A program made the position numbers and the translations under genes. The notes under the pieces were generated by a model. It saw nothing but the letters and a program-made list of their open reading frames with translations, was not told where the DNA came from and ran no database searches. A stretch of 64,000 nt of DNA from Promethearchaeia archaeon (GTDB lineage Archaea > Asgardarchaeota > Lokiarchaeia > Sigyniarchaeales > SOKP01), in contig JAHQWK010000011.1 of NCBI GenBank assembly GCA_029856145.1, positions 117,506 through 181,505 of the forward strand, given 5' to 3'. Below are positions 29,354 to 39,612 of this stretch, piece after piece (the first letter of the stretch is position 1; each line of letters begins with the position of its first letter).

Positions 29354-31194
29354 TTTTTCTTATATACCCCATGAGTTAGTTTTAATGCTTCTATTTCACT
29401 TAGTAGTTTATTTTTAAGACTTTCTAATTTATGAAAATCTTCATTACGTATAGAGCGATTTATTCTTAAAACTGTATTTATAACAGTAAGTTCCTTAATA
29501 TCGTCAATATAAAATCCTTGTTTAAGAAGTTCTTTGCTTTCTTTATATATTAAAAGAATTATTTTAATCATTCCAAGTAATTTTGTGATACTTGTATAAC
29601 TATCAATGTCATCGAAAGCATTTTGAATTAAAAATCCATCTTTAATTAATTTAGCAATAAATATAGTTAATTGCTGATCTTCAGGTAAGTTTTCTACCCC
29701 TATCAATTGAGTAATATACTTTAACTCATTATCTTTAGATAAGATCTCATTTACTTGTCTACGGCAATCAAACCAATCAATATCAATCTCCACCCAATCA
29801 AAATCTCTTTCATACCACCACTCAGAAATGTATTCTGGATAATTTGAATATGAATCTAACCAGTTAATTGCGGGATAATGTTTAGAATATGCTAATCCGG
29901 CATCTAAAGCCCAAATACCTTGAACAAAGTTTTTAGTTGTAGCTGTAACAGGTTCACTAAAATCACCCGCAGGTGGAGAGACAGAACCAATAATTGTTAA
30001 AGAACCAATTCTTTCCTTTCCATCTAAATCAGTTCCTAATAATTCTACAATTCCAGCGCGTTCATAAAAGCTTGAAAGTCTGGAGGATAAGTATGCAGGA
30101 TAACCCTCCTCTGCGGGCATTTCTTCTAATAATCCTGAAATTTCTCTTAAAGATTCAGCCCATCTTGATGTACTATCAGCTAGAACTGCAACATCGTATC
30201 CCATATCTCGAAAATATTCTGCGATAGTGACTCCTGAAAATATACTAGCTTCACGTGCAGAAACAGGCATATTTGATGTGTTTGCAATAAGAATTATACG
30301 TTCTAATAAAGGGCGTCCAGTTTGGGGATCAATTAATTCAGAAAATTGGTTTAAGACATCAGCTATCTCATTTCCACGCTCCCCACAACCAACGTATAGC
30401 ACGACATCAGCATCACACCATTTCGCTAACGAATGTTGTATAACTGTTTTACCTGTTCCAAACCCTCCAGGAACCCCAATTGTACCACCCTTAGTTATTG
30501 GAAATAATAAATCTATAACTCGAATCCCCGTAATCAAAGGCTCTTGAGGCATATTTCTCCTCTTGAATGGCCTAGATTTAGTTACTGGCCATTTTTGTAG
30601 CATAGAAAACGATTTCTCTTTATTATTTATTTTTAAACGGTAAATTTCATCAATAATAGTATAATCCCCTTCCTCTACTAGAAATGACAATTCTCCAGAA
30701 ATATTAGGAGGAACCATAATTTTATGCTCTATTAAAGCTGTTTCTTGCACTGTTCCTATTATATCCCCACTTGAAACTGTTTCCTTAAGTTTTCTCTGTG
30801 GAGCAAAATACCATTTCTTTTTTCGTGAAATTGGATTTATTTCTAGACCTCGTTGTAGTCCCCCTTCTTTAAAGGAATTAAAGGCTTTTTTTAATGGTCT
30901 TTGGATTCCATCAAAAACATTACCCAATAATCCAGGTGCTAACTCCATAGAGAGTGGTTCATTTAAACTAATTACTTCATCATTAATTCTTAAATTTACA
31001 GTACTTTCAAAACATTGAGCTACAATATGATCAGAATAAATTTGAATTACTTCTCCTAAAATATTATATTTTGTGACTTTAATCAGATCATGAAGTCTAA
31101 TATGGCGTTCTAATCCTTTTATCTTTATTAAAGACCCCACTATTGTTGAAATGTATCCACGACTTTGATTATCTTTATATTTGGATTTGATCAT
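29350..31194 (-). CDS. atpA: A/V-type ATPase subunit A, canonical copy
   Basis: [29 protein letters not shown]; stop overlaps the atpB start. Confidence 0.95.
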   Translation of the reverse strand: MIKSKYKDNQSRGYISTIVGSLIKIKGLERHIRLHDLIKVTKYNILGEVIQIYSDHIVAQCFESTVNLRINDEVISLNEPLSMELAPGLLGNVFDGIQRPLKKAFNSFKEGGLQRGLEINPISRKKKWYFAPQRKLKETVSSGDIIGTVQETALIEHKIMVPPNISGELSFLVEEGDYTIIDEIYRLKINNKEKSFSMLQKWPVTKSRPFKRRNMPQEPLITGIRVIDLLFPITKGGTIGVPGGFGTGKTVIQHSLAKWCDADVVLYVGCGERGNEIADVLNQFSELIDPQTGRPLLERIILIANTSNMPVSAREASIFSGVTIAEYFRDMGYDVAVLADSTSRWAESLREISGLLEEMPAEEGYPAYLSSRLSSFYERAGIVELLGTDLDGKERIGSLTIIGSVSPPAGDFSEPVTATTKNFVQGIWALDAGLAYSKHYPAINWLDSYSNYPEYISEWWYERDFDWVEIDIDWFDCRRQVNEILSKDNELKYITQLIGVENLPEDQQLTIFIAKLIKDGFLIQNAFDDIDSYTSITKLLGMIKIILLIYKESKELLKQGFYIDDIKELTVINTVLRINRSIRNEDFHKLESLKNKLLSEIEALKLTHGVYKKK

Positions 31195-31903
31195 ATTGCT
31201 TGAGATATTCTATTATTTTTGTTTTTTGATTTTGAATAAAAGTATTGAAATCTTTATCAATTTCCTTAATTTCTGAGTCATTTACAATCTTTGAGACTTC
31301 TATTTGGATGAAAGAAGATTTTTTATTAATTAAGTTATCAATAGTATAATCATAGGATATTAATCCGCCACCCAATGAAATTTTAAAACCTCCAATAAAA
31401 TCCATATTTTCTTTGTTTATTTCGACGGGATTTTTGAATAAATTTTGAATTTTTTCTGAGTTTTGAAGAAAATAACTATAATCTTTTGAATTAAGGATTA
31501 ATTCTATTGCTTGAGGTTTATCAACAGTTTTTTTAATTTTCTTAATAATCTTTAATAAGAACTTAATGTAATTTGAATAATTATTTTTTATATTTACCTT
31601 AATATTATTAAATAGACTTGTTTTCAACTCTTTTATTAATTTATTTTTTAATTTCAAAAATTTTTCTTTTCCCTCTAAAAGTGTTGAAGATAAGGATTGA
31701 TTTAAGAACTGATCAAAATTTTCTGTAAATTGTTCTTTGAGTCTTAGGGAACGTTCTTGACTTCTTTCTATATACCTCTTTTTTATTTCAGCTTTCTGAA
31801 ATAATGTTTGGCGATTAAATTCGTCTATTTCTTTTTGAGCTTTCTCAATTAAATAAAGCCCTAGATCCCCAAACTGTTTTTTTAACTCTTTTTCTTCAGA
31901 AAT
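31175..31903 (-). CDS. atpE: A/V-type ATPase subunit E (start extended to a probable ATT codon, ~242 aa)
   Basis: C-terminal FIGGFKI..YDYTIDNL; the frame stays open 82 codons above 31657 and encodes a helical N-terminus (LIEKAQKEIDEF). Confidence 0.75.
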   Translation of the reverse strand: MSEEKELKKQFGDLGLYLIEKAQKEIDEFNRQTLFQKAEIKKRYIERSQERSLRLKEQFTENFDQFLNQSLSSTLLEGKEKFLKLKNKLIKELKTSLFNNIKVNIKNNYSNYIKFLLKIIKKIKKTVDKPQAIELILNSKDYSYFLQNSEKIQNLFKNPVEINKENMDFIGGFKISLGGGLISYDYTIDNLINKKSSFIQIEVSKIVNDSEIKEIDKDFNTFIQNQKTKIIEYLKQYDQIQI

Positions 31904-31917
31904 TTTATATCAACTCC

Positions 31918-32241
31918 CTATGATATAACAACGTCTCCAATAGATTCTAATATTTTATTTATTACTTGTCCTTCTTCTTCAATGTGAGGATGGAAAATAT
32001 CTGGAAGGATAAATATGAAGGGTATCCTATTATTAAGTTTAAAATTTATTATAAAATTTATAATATCGTCGGGTAAAGGTATTGCAATTATTATCATGCC
32101 TATTGAAGGCCTTTTTATTAACTCTTTAAATTCGATCATAAAATCATCTCCAGAATTAATTATTGTGCCTTCTATACCTAAAAGACCTAACATTACTACC
32201 AAATCTTCTTCTCCTAAAATATGAATTTTTTGATTGACCAT
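31918..32241 (-). CDS. atpF: A/V-type ATPase subunit F
   Basis: KIHILGEEDLVVMLGLLGI..IGMIII..ILPD..ESIG; position in operon. Confidence 0.85.
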   Translation of the reverse strand: MVNQKIHILGEEDLVVMLGLLGIEGTIINSGDDFMIEFKELIKRPSIGMIIIAIPLPDDIINFIINFKLNNRIPFIFILPDIFHPHIEEEGQVINKILESIGDVVIS

Positions 32242-32552
32242 TAGAAATCTAACCTTGCCTCAGATATAATTAATTTATTTAGATTTTGAATACTATTCTG
32301 AAATTGCTTTTCAATTTTTTTAATTGCTATATCCATCTTATCCCTAAAGATTTTAGTTTCAGAGCCCACATCTTTTGAGAGTGTAATTAAGGCATTATTT
32401 ACAAGATCATTTTTCTTTCTTAGATAATCCTCAAATTCCTTTCTTTGGATCTCTCTGAACTGTTCTATATCATTTAAATTAACATTTTTCGCACTATTTA
32501 TTAATTCTTCATATACGTTTTCGATATCTTTTATCCATTTAAAAATATCCAT
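32241..32552 (-). CDS. Probable A/V-type ATPase peripheral stalk subunit H/G
   Basis: 103-aa charged helix (IKDIE..A), TAATG-coupled to atpF. Confidence 0.55.
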   Translation of the reverse strand: MDIFKWIKDIENVYEELINSAKNVNLNDIEQFREIQRKEFEDYLRKKNDLVNNALITLSKDVGSETKIFRDKMDIAIKKIEKQFQNSIQNLNKLIISEARLDF

Positions 32553-32597
32553 AGCTCAACAACCCGAATTATTGTCTCCTATTTTTACATTAATCTC

Positions 32598-33662
32598 TCA
32601 TTTTAATAATTTGTATTTTTCATGCACAATTTTTACTAATTTTGGGAGAATGAATAAGCGAATTTCTTTATCTTTTTTTATTAGTATTTCCAAGATTTTA
32701 AATATCGCTTGATATTCAATATCCACTTTCTTAGTTTCTAACATTTTAAAATAATAATCTAAATATATTTTCTCTACTGACCAAATAAAATGTTCTTCAT
32801 CAAGAGAAGAATGAGATAAACTTGATTTTAGTTCTTTTATATTAGTTAGAAATTTTTTAAAAACTACTATAAATTCATCTACATCGTTTGAAAACACTAA
32901 ATCCTTCAGTTTTTTCTCATTCATAAATAAATAAGTTTTAACCAAAAACTGTAATAAAAGATTTTTATCAATATTATTTTTAATCCCTCTATATATAACA
33001 TTCAAATTGTAAATTTCTGATACATAATTGATATAAGAAGAAATCATTGTTTTTTCTTTTTGAGTTAACAATCTCATCTCTTTTTTCAGATTTTCATAAT
33101 ATAATTGGTCTAAAAAGGCTTCTAACACGAATATTTCATTTGTTTTTTTAAAATAAAGAATTCCTTCTCTAATTACCTTATTATATAGGGTAGGTTTCAT
33201 AAACAGTTGTATTGTTTCTAGAGATGTAATTTCAATCAACTCTGTCATAAAATTTGCATTATTTAGGTATTTCTCGACTAACATATTAACCATAGAATTT
33301 TTTTCATCAGTACTTATACCTAAAATTGTACCAAGGATAATGTGTTTTATATTCATTATTTCATATTTCAATAAATAGTTCCTCAAAAAGATTCTCATAG
33401 TTTTTGGAGATATATAGAGAATTTTCCCTATTAATTTTATATAAGTGTGAAAAAGAGCTTTCTCAATATCTTCAATTGTATAAGATTTAAAAGTGAGTCC
33501 AGGATAAAATACGCTTATATATTCAATAAATTGTTTAATCTCAGTAATTTCTTCTAACTTTTGCAGTGTTGTGTCATCCATTATTAATTGTTTTAAAAAA
33601 CCAATTTTGATTAAAGAAAAAGCGTAAGATGGTACTTCGATAGCACTCGTAAAATTCACCAA
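32598..33662 (-). CDS. atpC: A/V-type ATPase subunit C (d)
   Basis: 354 aa; YEIMNIK, LEAFLDQLYY, EIYNLNVIYRG. Confidence 0.8.
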   Translation of the reverse strand: MVNFTSAIEVPSYAFSLIKIGFLKQLIMDDTTLQKLEEITEIKQFIEYISVFYPGLTFKSYTIEDIEKALFHTYIKLIGKILYISPKTMRIFLRNYLLKYEIMNIKHIILGTILGISTDEKNSMVNMLVEKYLNNANFMTELIEITSLETIQLFMKPTLYNKVIREGILYFKKTNEIFVLEAFLDQLYYENLKKEMRLLTQKEKTMISSYINYVSEIYNLNVIYRGIKNNIDKNLLLQFLVKTYLFMNEKKLKDLVFSNDVDEFIVVFKKFLTNIKELKSSLSHSSLDEEHFIWSVEKIYLDYYFKMLETKKVDIEYQAIFKILEILIKKDKEIRLFILPKLVKIVHEKYKLLK

Positions 33663-33690
33663 AAATATAATATTTATAAATTAATAACGG

Positions 33691-34059
33691 TTACGGAGGT
33701 GCTGGGATATTAAACACCAATAGGATTGCTATGATCAAGCCATAAATCGCAATCGCTTCTCCTAATGCAACAATAACTACTACCTTTCCAAATGCGCCCT
33801 CCCTTTCTGAGATTGCTGAAATTGCAGCAGTCCCTACGGTTTTTATAACATGAGCTGCAGCTAATCCTGAGATTGAGATCGCTATAGCAGCAGAAATTGC
33901 TAATATAGCAGTCGTTGGAGAGTTATAATAGTCAAAATTTGTCTCTTGGGCGGTAACAAATCCTACAAGACCATTAATAGTTAAAAGAAATACCATAACT
34001 AATATAACTTGAACAAGAGCAAGATAAAAATAAAATTTTTGTTTACCGTTCATATACAT
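33691..34059 (-). CDS. atpK: A/V-type ATPase proteolipid subunit K (c), single hairpin plus N-terminal hydrophobic segment
   Basis: GTAAISAISE..ALGEAIAIYGLIIA with the conserved Glu. Confidence 0.9.
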   Translation of the reverse strand: MYMNGKQKFYFYLALVQVILVMVFLLTINGLVGFVTAQETNFDYYNSPTTAILAISAAIAISISGLAAAHVIKTVGTAAISAISEREGAFGKVVVIVALGEAIAIYGLIIAILLVFNIPAPP

Positions 34060-34298
34060 TACATCTAAGTTTTTATTTAAAAAAATTATTCTTTTGAATG
34101 AGAATAATTAAAATTTGCGTATAAATCTTCTTATTCAAAACTGAGAGATTTAACAATTGATGAAAATATGTATATAATACAACTATTGAAGTATCATAGA
34201 TTATATACTATACTTTTTCTATTAATTTCAAGAAAATTGAAGGTTAATGATATATAATAAAAACAGAGACTAGTGACGGGGTAATTTACAGCCCCAAT

Positions 34299-34934
34299 TC
34301 ACTGATAAAGTAAAACTCTTATGAGATCTGCAATATCGTGGATGCGGTCTGCAAGACTTTCCAGCAAATTTATACTATCTCTTAATCGTAAAAGGACTCT
34401 TATATCAATATCTTCATTAGAATATAAATGTTCAAGAAATTGCCTGTATATTAGATCAATTTCATTTTCAATCTCATGAATCGTTGTGGTATTCTTAAAT
34501 ACAACATCTGGTTTATCTCTTAAGCCTTTTATAGTTGATTTTAATACATCAGCCATCTCAATAGTTTTATTGATCAATTTCTCGTATCTCTTGACTATCT
34601 CTGGGTTATTTTTAGTATCCAGTTTAATGTTAGGCAACATATCTACAAATTCGAGAGGATAATTGATCAAATTATCCATTCGGAGGATTAAAGCAACGAA
34701 ATCGTCTAATCCGGCGCCCGATTCAGAAAAGTTTTGAATTAACTGAATTTTAATGGCATCTGCATCTTCTTCATTTAATTGCATTTTAATCTTTTTCTTT
34801 TCCAGTGAGGGTTTATGTTTTTCATAATCTTCAACCCATCTATTATAAAAAACCCCCATATCGCTGAGAACAGAATATATAATTCTGGAGTGTTCTATTA
34901 GTATTGATATGATTTCTTCCTTATTTTTATTCAT
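34299..34934 (-). CDS. DUF47 / PhoU-like protein
   Basis: Two repeats of the E..AD/ENEID motif, LESLADRIHDIAD. Confidence 0.8.
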   Translation of the reverse strand: MNKNKEEIISILIEHSRIIYSVLSDMGVFYNRWVEDYEKHKPSLEKKKIKMQLNEEDADAIKIQLIQNFSESGAGLDDFVALILRMDNLINYPLEFVDMLPNIKLDTKNNPEIVKRYEKLINKTIEMADVLKSTIKGLRDKPDVVFKNTTTIHEIENEIDLIYRQFLEHLYSNEDIDIRVLLRLRDSINLLESLADRIHDIADLIRVLLYQ

Positions 34935-35066
34935 AAAAATCTCTTCAAATAATTTATTATAGTAAGGTTTGTAATCTCTGAAATGATATAAATTTTATGA
35001 ATTACAGTAAACCTCCTTAAATTTATATAATACAAATTTATTTTATAGCATAAGAGAAAGAAAAAA

Positions 35067-36422
35067 ATGTTAATTTCAATGTTACAATTTAAGATAAATG
35101 AATTTATTACCCTAAAACTTGAAGATAAGAAGACTAATCTTTATATAAATGGAGAATTGTTTGAGCAATGTTCATATATCTTACTAAATAAAAGAGCTGA
35201 TAAATTAGAAGAGCTGCAAGCTATTGACTCTGTTGATGAATTAGCAGAATTATCTATAGATGAAATAGCGAAAACTCCTTCTCATATAAAAGAAGATGAT
35301 TTTGAAATAGAAATATTAGACATTCCTGCTCATGTGAGATTCTTAGTCCACTGCTCAAATCTACAAGCATGGGCAGAGAATAATTATGACACTCGACTTC
35401 TTCATAGTAATCTTTCATTTCCTTTATTAAAAAAGCTTACTGAAGTCGGAGACACAAAAGCAAAACAAAAATTTAAAGAAGAAATAATTTTCCGATTTTT
35501 TAATGGTACTAAAAATATCCAGAAATATCTACTACAAGAGGGATATATGAAGTTGATCACTATTGATGAGAAATATATCCTATTCAAATTAGAGGAAGAG
35601 GAAAATGTGATTAGAGAATTAGAAAGGTTAACTGGAAAAGAATTCAATATAGACAATGAAGAATTTCTTTATTATCAAAGTCTTGTATTAAAAGAGGGGA
35701 AAGTAAAGGAACTAAATCTAGTAAGGTGTAATATAACAGAAATACCTAGAATAATTAAAAGACTAAAAAACTTAGAAGTATTGAGGATTTATAGTAATCA
35801 ATTGAGACAGCTTCCTGATTGGATTGGAGAGATAAGTTCTCTGAAAATTCTTAAGATACTTGAAGAACTAGAAGAATTACCTGATTCAATCGGACATCTA
35901 AAATCTCTAGAAATATTAGAATTGCATGACACTATGATCAAGACGCTACCTGAATCGTTTGGTAATCTCTATAAGCTTAGGAAATTAGACCTTAGTCATA
36001 ATAAATTAAAAAATCTACCCGAATCATTTGGAAATTTAAAAGCACTTGAGCAATTGATTGTAGTTAATAATGAATTAGAAATTTTGCCAAAATCATTTGG
36101 AAACCTTACTTCATTGAAAGAATTAGAGTTAAGTGAGAATAAACTGATAACACTTCCAGATTCTTTTGGATACTTAAAGTCTCTTAGGGTAGTCGATCTA
36201 TCTAATAATCAATTAAAGCAAATCCCAGAATTAATCGGAAATCTTAAATCAATAAAAACTATTACCTTGAACACAAATTTATTGGAATATATACCTAAAT
36301 CAATAGGAAATCTTAAGACACTTATAAGCCTTGATTTAAGTAATAATAAGATAGCAAAACTCCCTTATTCTATTGGAGATCTAACTCTGAGGGAGTTTGA
36401 AGATAATTTGGAATATCTTTAA
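35067..36422 (+). CDS. Leucine-rich repeat protein with Loki-type N-terminal domain
   Basis: About ten 23-aa LPESFGNLxxLxxLDLSxNxL repeats; N-terminal FKINEFITLKLE..HCSNLQAWAENNYDTRLLHSNL. Confidence 0.9.
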   Translation: MLISMLQFKINEFITLKLEDKKTNLYINGELFEQCSYILLNKRADKLEELQAIDSVDELAELSIDEIAKTPSHIKEDDFEIEILDIPAHVRFLVHCSNLQAWAENNYDTRLLHSNLSFPLLKKLTEVGDTKAKQKFKEEIIFRFFNGTKNIQKYLLQEGYMKLITIDEKYILFKLEEEENVIRELERLTGKEFNIDNEEFLYYQSLVLKEGKVKELNLVRCNITEIPRIIKRLKNLEVLRIYSNQLRQLPDWIGEISSLKILKILEELEELPDSIGHLKSLEILELHDTMIKTLPESFGNLYKLRKLDLSHNKLKNLPESFGNLKALEQLIVVNNELEILPKSFGNLTSLKELELSENKLITLPDSFGYLKSLRVVDLSNNQLKQIPELIGNLKSIKTITLNTNLLEYIPKSIGNLKTLISLDLSNNKIAKLPYSIGDLTLREFEDNLEYL

Positions 36423-36547
36423 TAGACAAATAGAAGATCTCTAAAGTACACATTTTTTTATTTAAATACGAGTGTGATTATTTAATATTAGGCAAGAATT
36501 TCATCATTAATTCAATAGAATAACTTTTTACTATGATAAGAAAACAT

Positions 36548-36666
36548 GGGCCCTACTTACACCCTGGATTTTTGTCTTTTGGTAGTGTAAATTCTTACAC
36601 TCTGATTTCGCCCTCCTCCACCTATTTTGTTTTGACGCTCATTTGCGTCTCGTACAGTAGGGACCC
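36548..36666. other. GC-enriched multi-hairpin element (candidate ncRNA or MITE-like remnant)
   Basis: Terminal imperfect IR GGGCCCTACT/AGTAGGGACCC; internal hairpins at 36584-36601 and 36634-36649. Confidence 0.4.
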
Positions 36667-36768
36667 CCCTTTCTCCAAACTATTATTAATTTACATATTG
36701 TCTAAATTTTTTATTTAACCACAGCTCTCATACATTTTATATAATGCTAAATCCATTTTATAAGCAGG

Positions 36769-37017
36769 ATGTCTCAAAAAAGTGACGCTGTAAAACAAGC
36801 AAGAAGGGAGTTAATTCAACATACTCTGGATAAAATTTGTGGGACTCGTGATTTTTGGGAGCTTAAGAGGAGTACTTTTGTTGTACTCGCACATTTATAG
36901 CTCCACACTAAAGCAGAAAAAGAAGGACTGTTTGAATTAGATGAATGGGCGCACCCTCAGCTTAGAGAACGCCTTATTGAAATAATTGAGACCTTTCTCA
37001 CTAAGCATATAAGATAA
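36769..37017 (+). pseudogene. 82-codon ORF interrupted by a single in-frame TAG
   Basis: MSQKSDAVKQARREL..VLAHL-TAG(36898-36900)-LHTKAEKEGLFELDEW..HIR-TAA; TTTATATA ~25 nt upstream. Confidence 0.5.
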
Positions 37018-37220
37018 GGAGTTTGACTCCATGGTGAAAAACTGTTTTCTTCTATTGTAATAAACTTAAGGATTCATATGTCGCATTTTATATTCATCAC
37101 TCCAGAACAGTAATTATATTTAAATATCTTCTTCAATAACATCCTATACGAATCCAATTTTTACTTTTAAAAGGTAAAAAATGGATGAAATCTAATTATA
37201 AATGTAAAAGATGAAAAAAT

Positions 37221-38711
37221 ATGAATAAAAAAAACAAATTTAGTTTAATAGGTCTAAGCCTTTTATTTATCATTGGATTTTCAACCAGTGGAATGGCATA
37301 TTTCGATCCTGGTAGTGGGGGCGGTTCTCTTCTTCCTACTCCTGAACTTTATCAACCCACTTCCCCAGATTATGATGGTATTATTATATTAGAGTGGAGT
37401 GAAGTAAGTGGAGCTGATTATAAAATATACAGATGGAATTCACAGACTGGAATATATAAGCTTATAGCAGCAACAACGAATAGAGCGCGAACTTATATAG
37501 ATGCAATTCCTAATGGCACTTGGGCATATAAAGTCAAAGCATATAACCCTGATACGGGGCAACAGTCATTATGTTCTAACCCTAAATCAGTAGTTGTAGA
37601 GTTACCCGCACCAAAACCTTTAATAGGTTCAACCCAAAGATTCTTTCCTCAAGAACTAGATGCGAAATTAGGATTTACAATTTTGAGTATTGATACCTAT
37701 TATACTCCAACAATTGAGTTTAGTCTAATTAACACAATGGATCCTGATAAAACTATAGATATTAAAATATATGTTGATAATTCAGAAATCTATAATGAAA
37801 TGGGCATTATACTAACAAAAAATGACCTGTATCCATTTATAATCGATGCAAATGAACTCACAACTCCATTAACGCATCAGATAGTAATAGAACTTTCTCA
37901 TGGTCAGAATATCAGATTAGAAGATCTATTTATTAACAATCTATGGTATATCGAAAACACACTTGATAATAATAAAAGATATACCCCCTTACAGAATTGT
38001 ATTTATAATGATTTACCAGATGATCCTGTTGTTGATCTTGAAGTCTTTGTTCCCTATACTGAGCCAGATGGGGAGGTAAATGATTATTTGGCTACTTTTG
38101 GAACGTCTCTTTTAGTTAATATTGATCCTGATACTTATGACTTCACTAGAAGAGCTGGTGTACTACTCGAGATATGTACTTATTATATTCATGGAGTCTC
38201 TCTTCAATGGAGAGTTCTTTGTCCTGATGGAACTTATATGGATAATCAGAATTTAGGTATATTTTGTGATATTTCCACAAGTTATGAGGGAACGGATTTT
38301 TATGAGCAAGTTAACCATGTTCTTAAACAGATAAGTAATATAATAAACCTTATCAATTTTCCCGAATATATAGAGGATCCATTAAATTGGGCAATTAAAT
38401 TTCTTACTTTTATGAACCCTGATGACCCAGTTATTTCTAAAGAAAGAATTGATAATGATAAATTCGTTGCATCGTGGCATGCAGGAGGATTCTTAGCGAT
38501 TCCAAACCCAACACTAGAAAGTCTTAGTATGTATACTGGTTTTACAATTCAACTACCTAATCCAAAAATTCTAGGTTCTTATCAAATGGAAATAACATGG
38601 ATGATTGATATTGATCTTCTAGTATATCTATCCGGTTATCCAGCTGCTACTTCTCATGAAGACGCATATGAAGTATCATCAACCTATTATCTGAACTTTG
38701 AGTATGTTTAA
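37221..38711 (+). CDS. Secreted protein with fibronectin-III-like domain
   Basis: Signal peptide MNKKNK+hydrophobic..GMA, Gly/Ser linker, ILEWSEV..YKIYR..TYID..WAYKVKAYN. Confidence 0.75.
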   Translation: MNKKNKFSLIGLSLLFIIGFSTSGMAYFDPGSGGGSLLPTPELYQPTSPDYDGIIILEWSEVSGADYKIYRWNSQTGIYKLIAATTNRARTYIDAIPNGTWAYKVKAYNPDTGQQSLCSNPKSVVVELPAPKPLIGSTQRFFPQELDAKLGFTILSIDTYYTPTIEFSLINTMDPDKTIDIKIYVDNSEIYNEMGIILTKNDLYPFIIDANELTTPLTHQIVIELSHGQNIRLEDLFINNLWYIENTLDNNKRYTPLQNCIYNDLPDDPVVDLEVFVPYTEPDGEVNDYLATFGTSLLVNIDPDTYDFTRRAGVLLEICTYYIHGVSLQWRVLCPDGTYMDNQNLGIFCDISTSYEGTDFYEQVNHVLKQISNIINLINFPEYIEDPLNWAIKFLTFMNPDDPVISKERIDNDKFVASWHAGGFLAIPNPTLESLSMYTGFTIQLPNPKILGSYQMEITWMIDIDLLVYLSGYPAATSHEDAYEVSSTYYLNFEYV

Positions 38712-39177
38712 CAGATTTTAGTAAAATTTAATCTTCTAAAAACTTTTTTTTATTTTTTATACATATTATATCTATTATTGGTTTTCTATAATTCTAATCC
38801 GATGGATATAAGTTCCGCTTCTTCGTCTTTAACTCAGAACGTAGAATAAAATACACTTTGATAACCATGCTCTTTTGATTCTAATAAGATATATCCTGTC
38901 CCAACTATATTTATTAGAAAACTCTCTGAGATATAACTACGCAAATAAATGTTAGTGGCTTTACTCATTTAATTATTAAACCACAAGAGAGTATGAATTT
39001 TGAGATTATAATATTTTTGGATGAATCCCATAGAGCATAGCTTTTAGGAACATCTCATAAAAATCTTCATCCAAACTTCTGTCTTTTTCTTTACTCTCTT
39101 TATGGTCTTCTTTTACAGATTTTGTAATTATTTAATACACCCTAACATAATTTTTTATGCACATATATATTGTAGAA

Positions 39178-39606
39178 TTAATTCTCAGGAGGATCCTTTC
39201 TTTTAAAATATTTAACAATATCAAAGTTGAGGAATTTTTGAGGTTGGTTAGTTGATACCTGTAAATCTTTAAAATTCATTAACGGATGGGACACTCGTAA
39301 ATAGAGTATAGTAGAACTATCTTCTCCACTCCGCAGAGCAAATAAATAGTAATCGATATTATCATGGCTATTAAAGATCTCAGTTGCATTTCCAAACACA
39401 AGCTCAATTCTCTCCTCCTCTTGAATTTTCTCACGTTTCTCAGCTTTCTCATCTGTTAAGCCTAATGCTTCAAGGACTTTTTGGAGCACCCCAGCTGACT
39501 TTACTAGACTGACAAATCCTTCTACTTTATATTTTTTGACTATTTTCTTTTTCACTTTTTCAGTTGCATAAGCATCAGTTGCATAAATGCAATATTCGGA
39601 TTCCAT
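39178..39606 (-). CDS. Hypothetical protein, possibly truncated
   Basis: 142-aa ORF with no motif; start only 6 nt from the divergent ORF. Confidence 0.45.
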   Translation of the reverse strand: MESEYCIYATDAYATEKVKKKIVKKYKVEGFVSLVKSAGVLQKVLEALGLTDEKAEKREKIQEEERIELVFGNATEIFNSHDNIDYYLFALRSGEDSSTILYLRVSHPLMNFKDLQVSTNQPQKFLNFDIVKYFKRKDPPEN

Positions 39607-39612
39607 TTTGAG

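Noticed and set aside
34278-34295. GGGGT..GCCCC mini-hairpin after the DUF47 gene
   Set aside because: Stem too short to call a terminator or RNA with confidence
35850-36380. 69-bp periodicity in the LRR gene as a DNA repeat or diversity-generating target
   Set aside because: Explained by protein-level 23-aa LRRs; no reverse transcriptase or template repeat seen
36533-36718. 61-aa ORF over the GC-rich element
   Set aside because: No protein-like features; the hairpins explain the composition better
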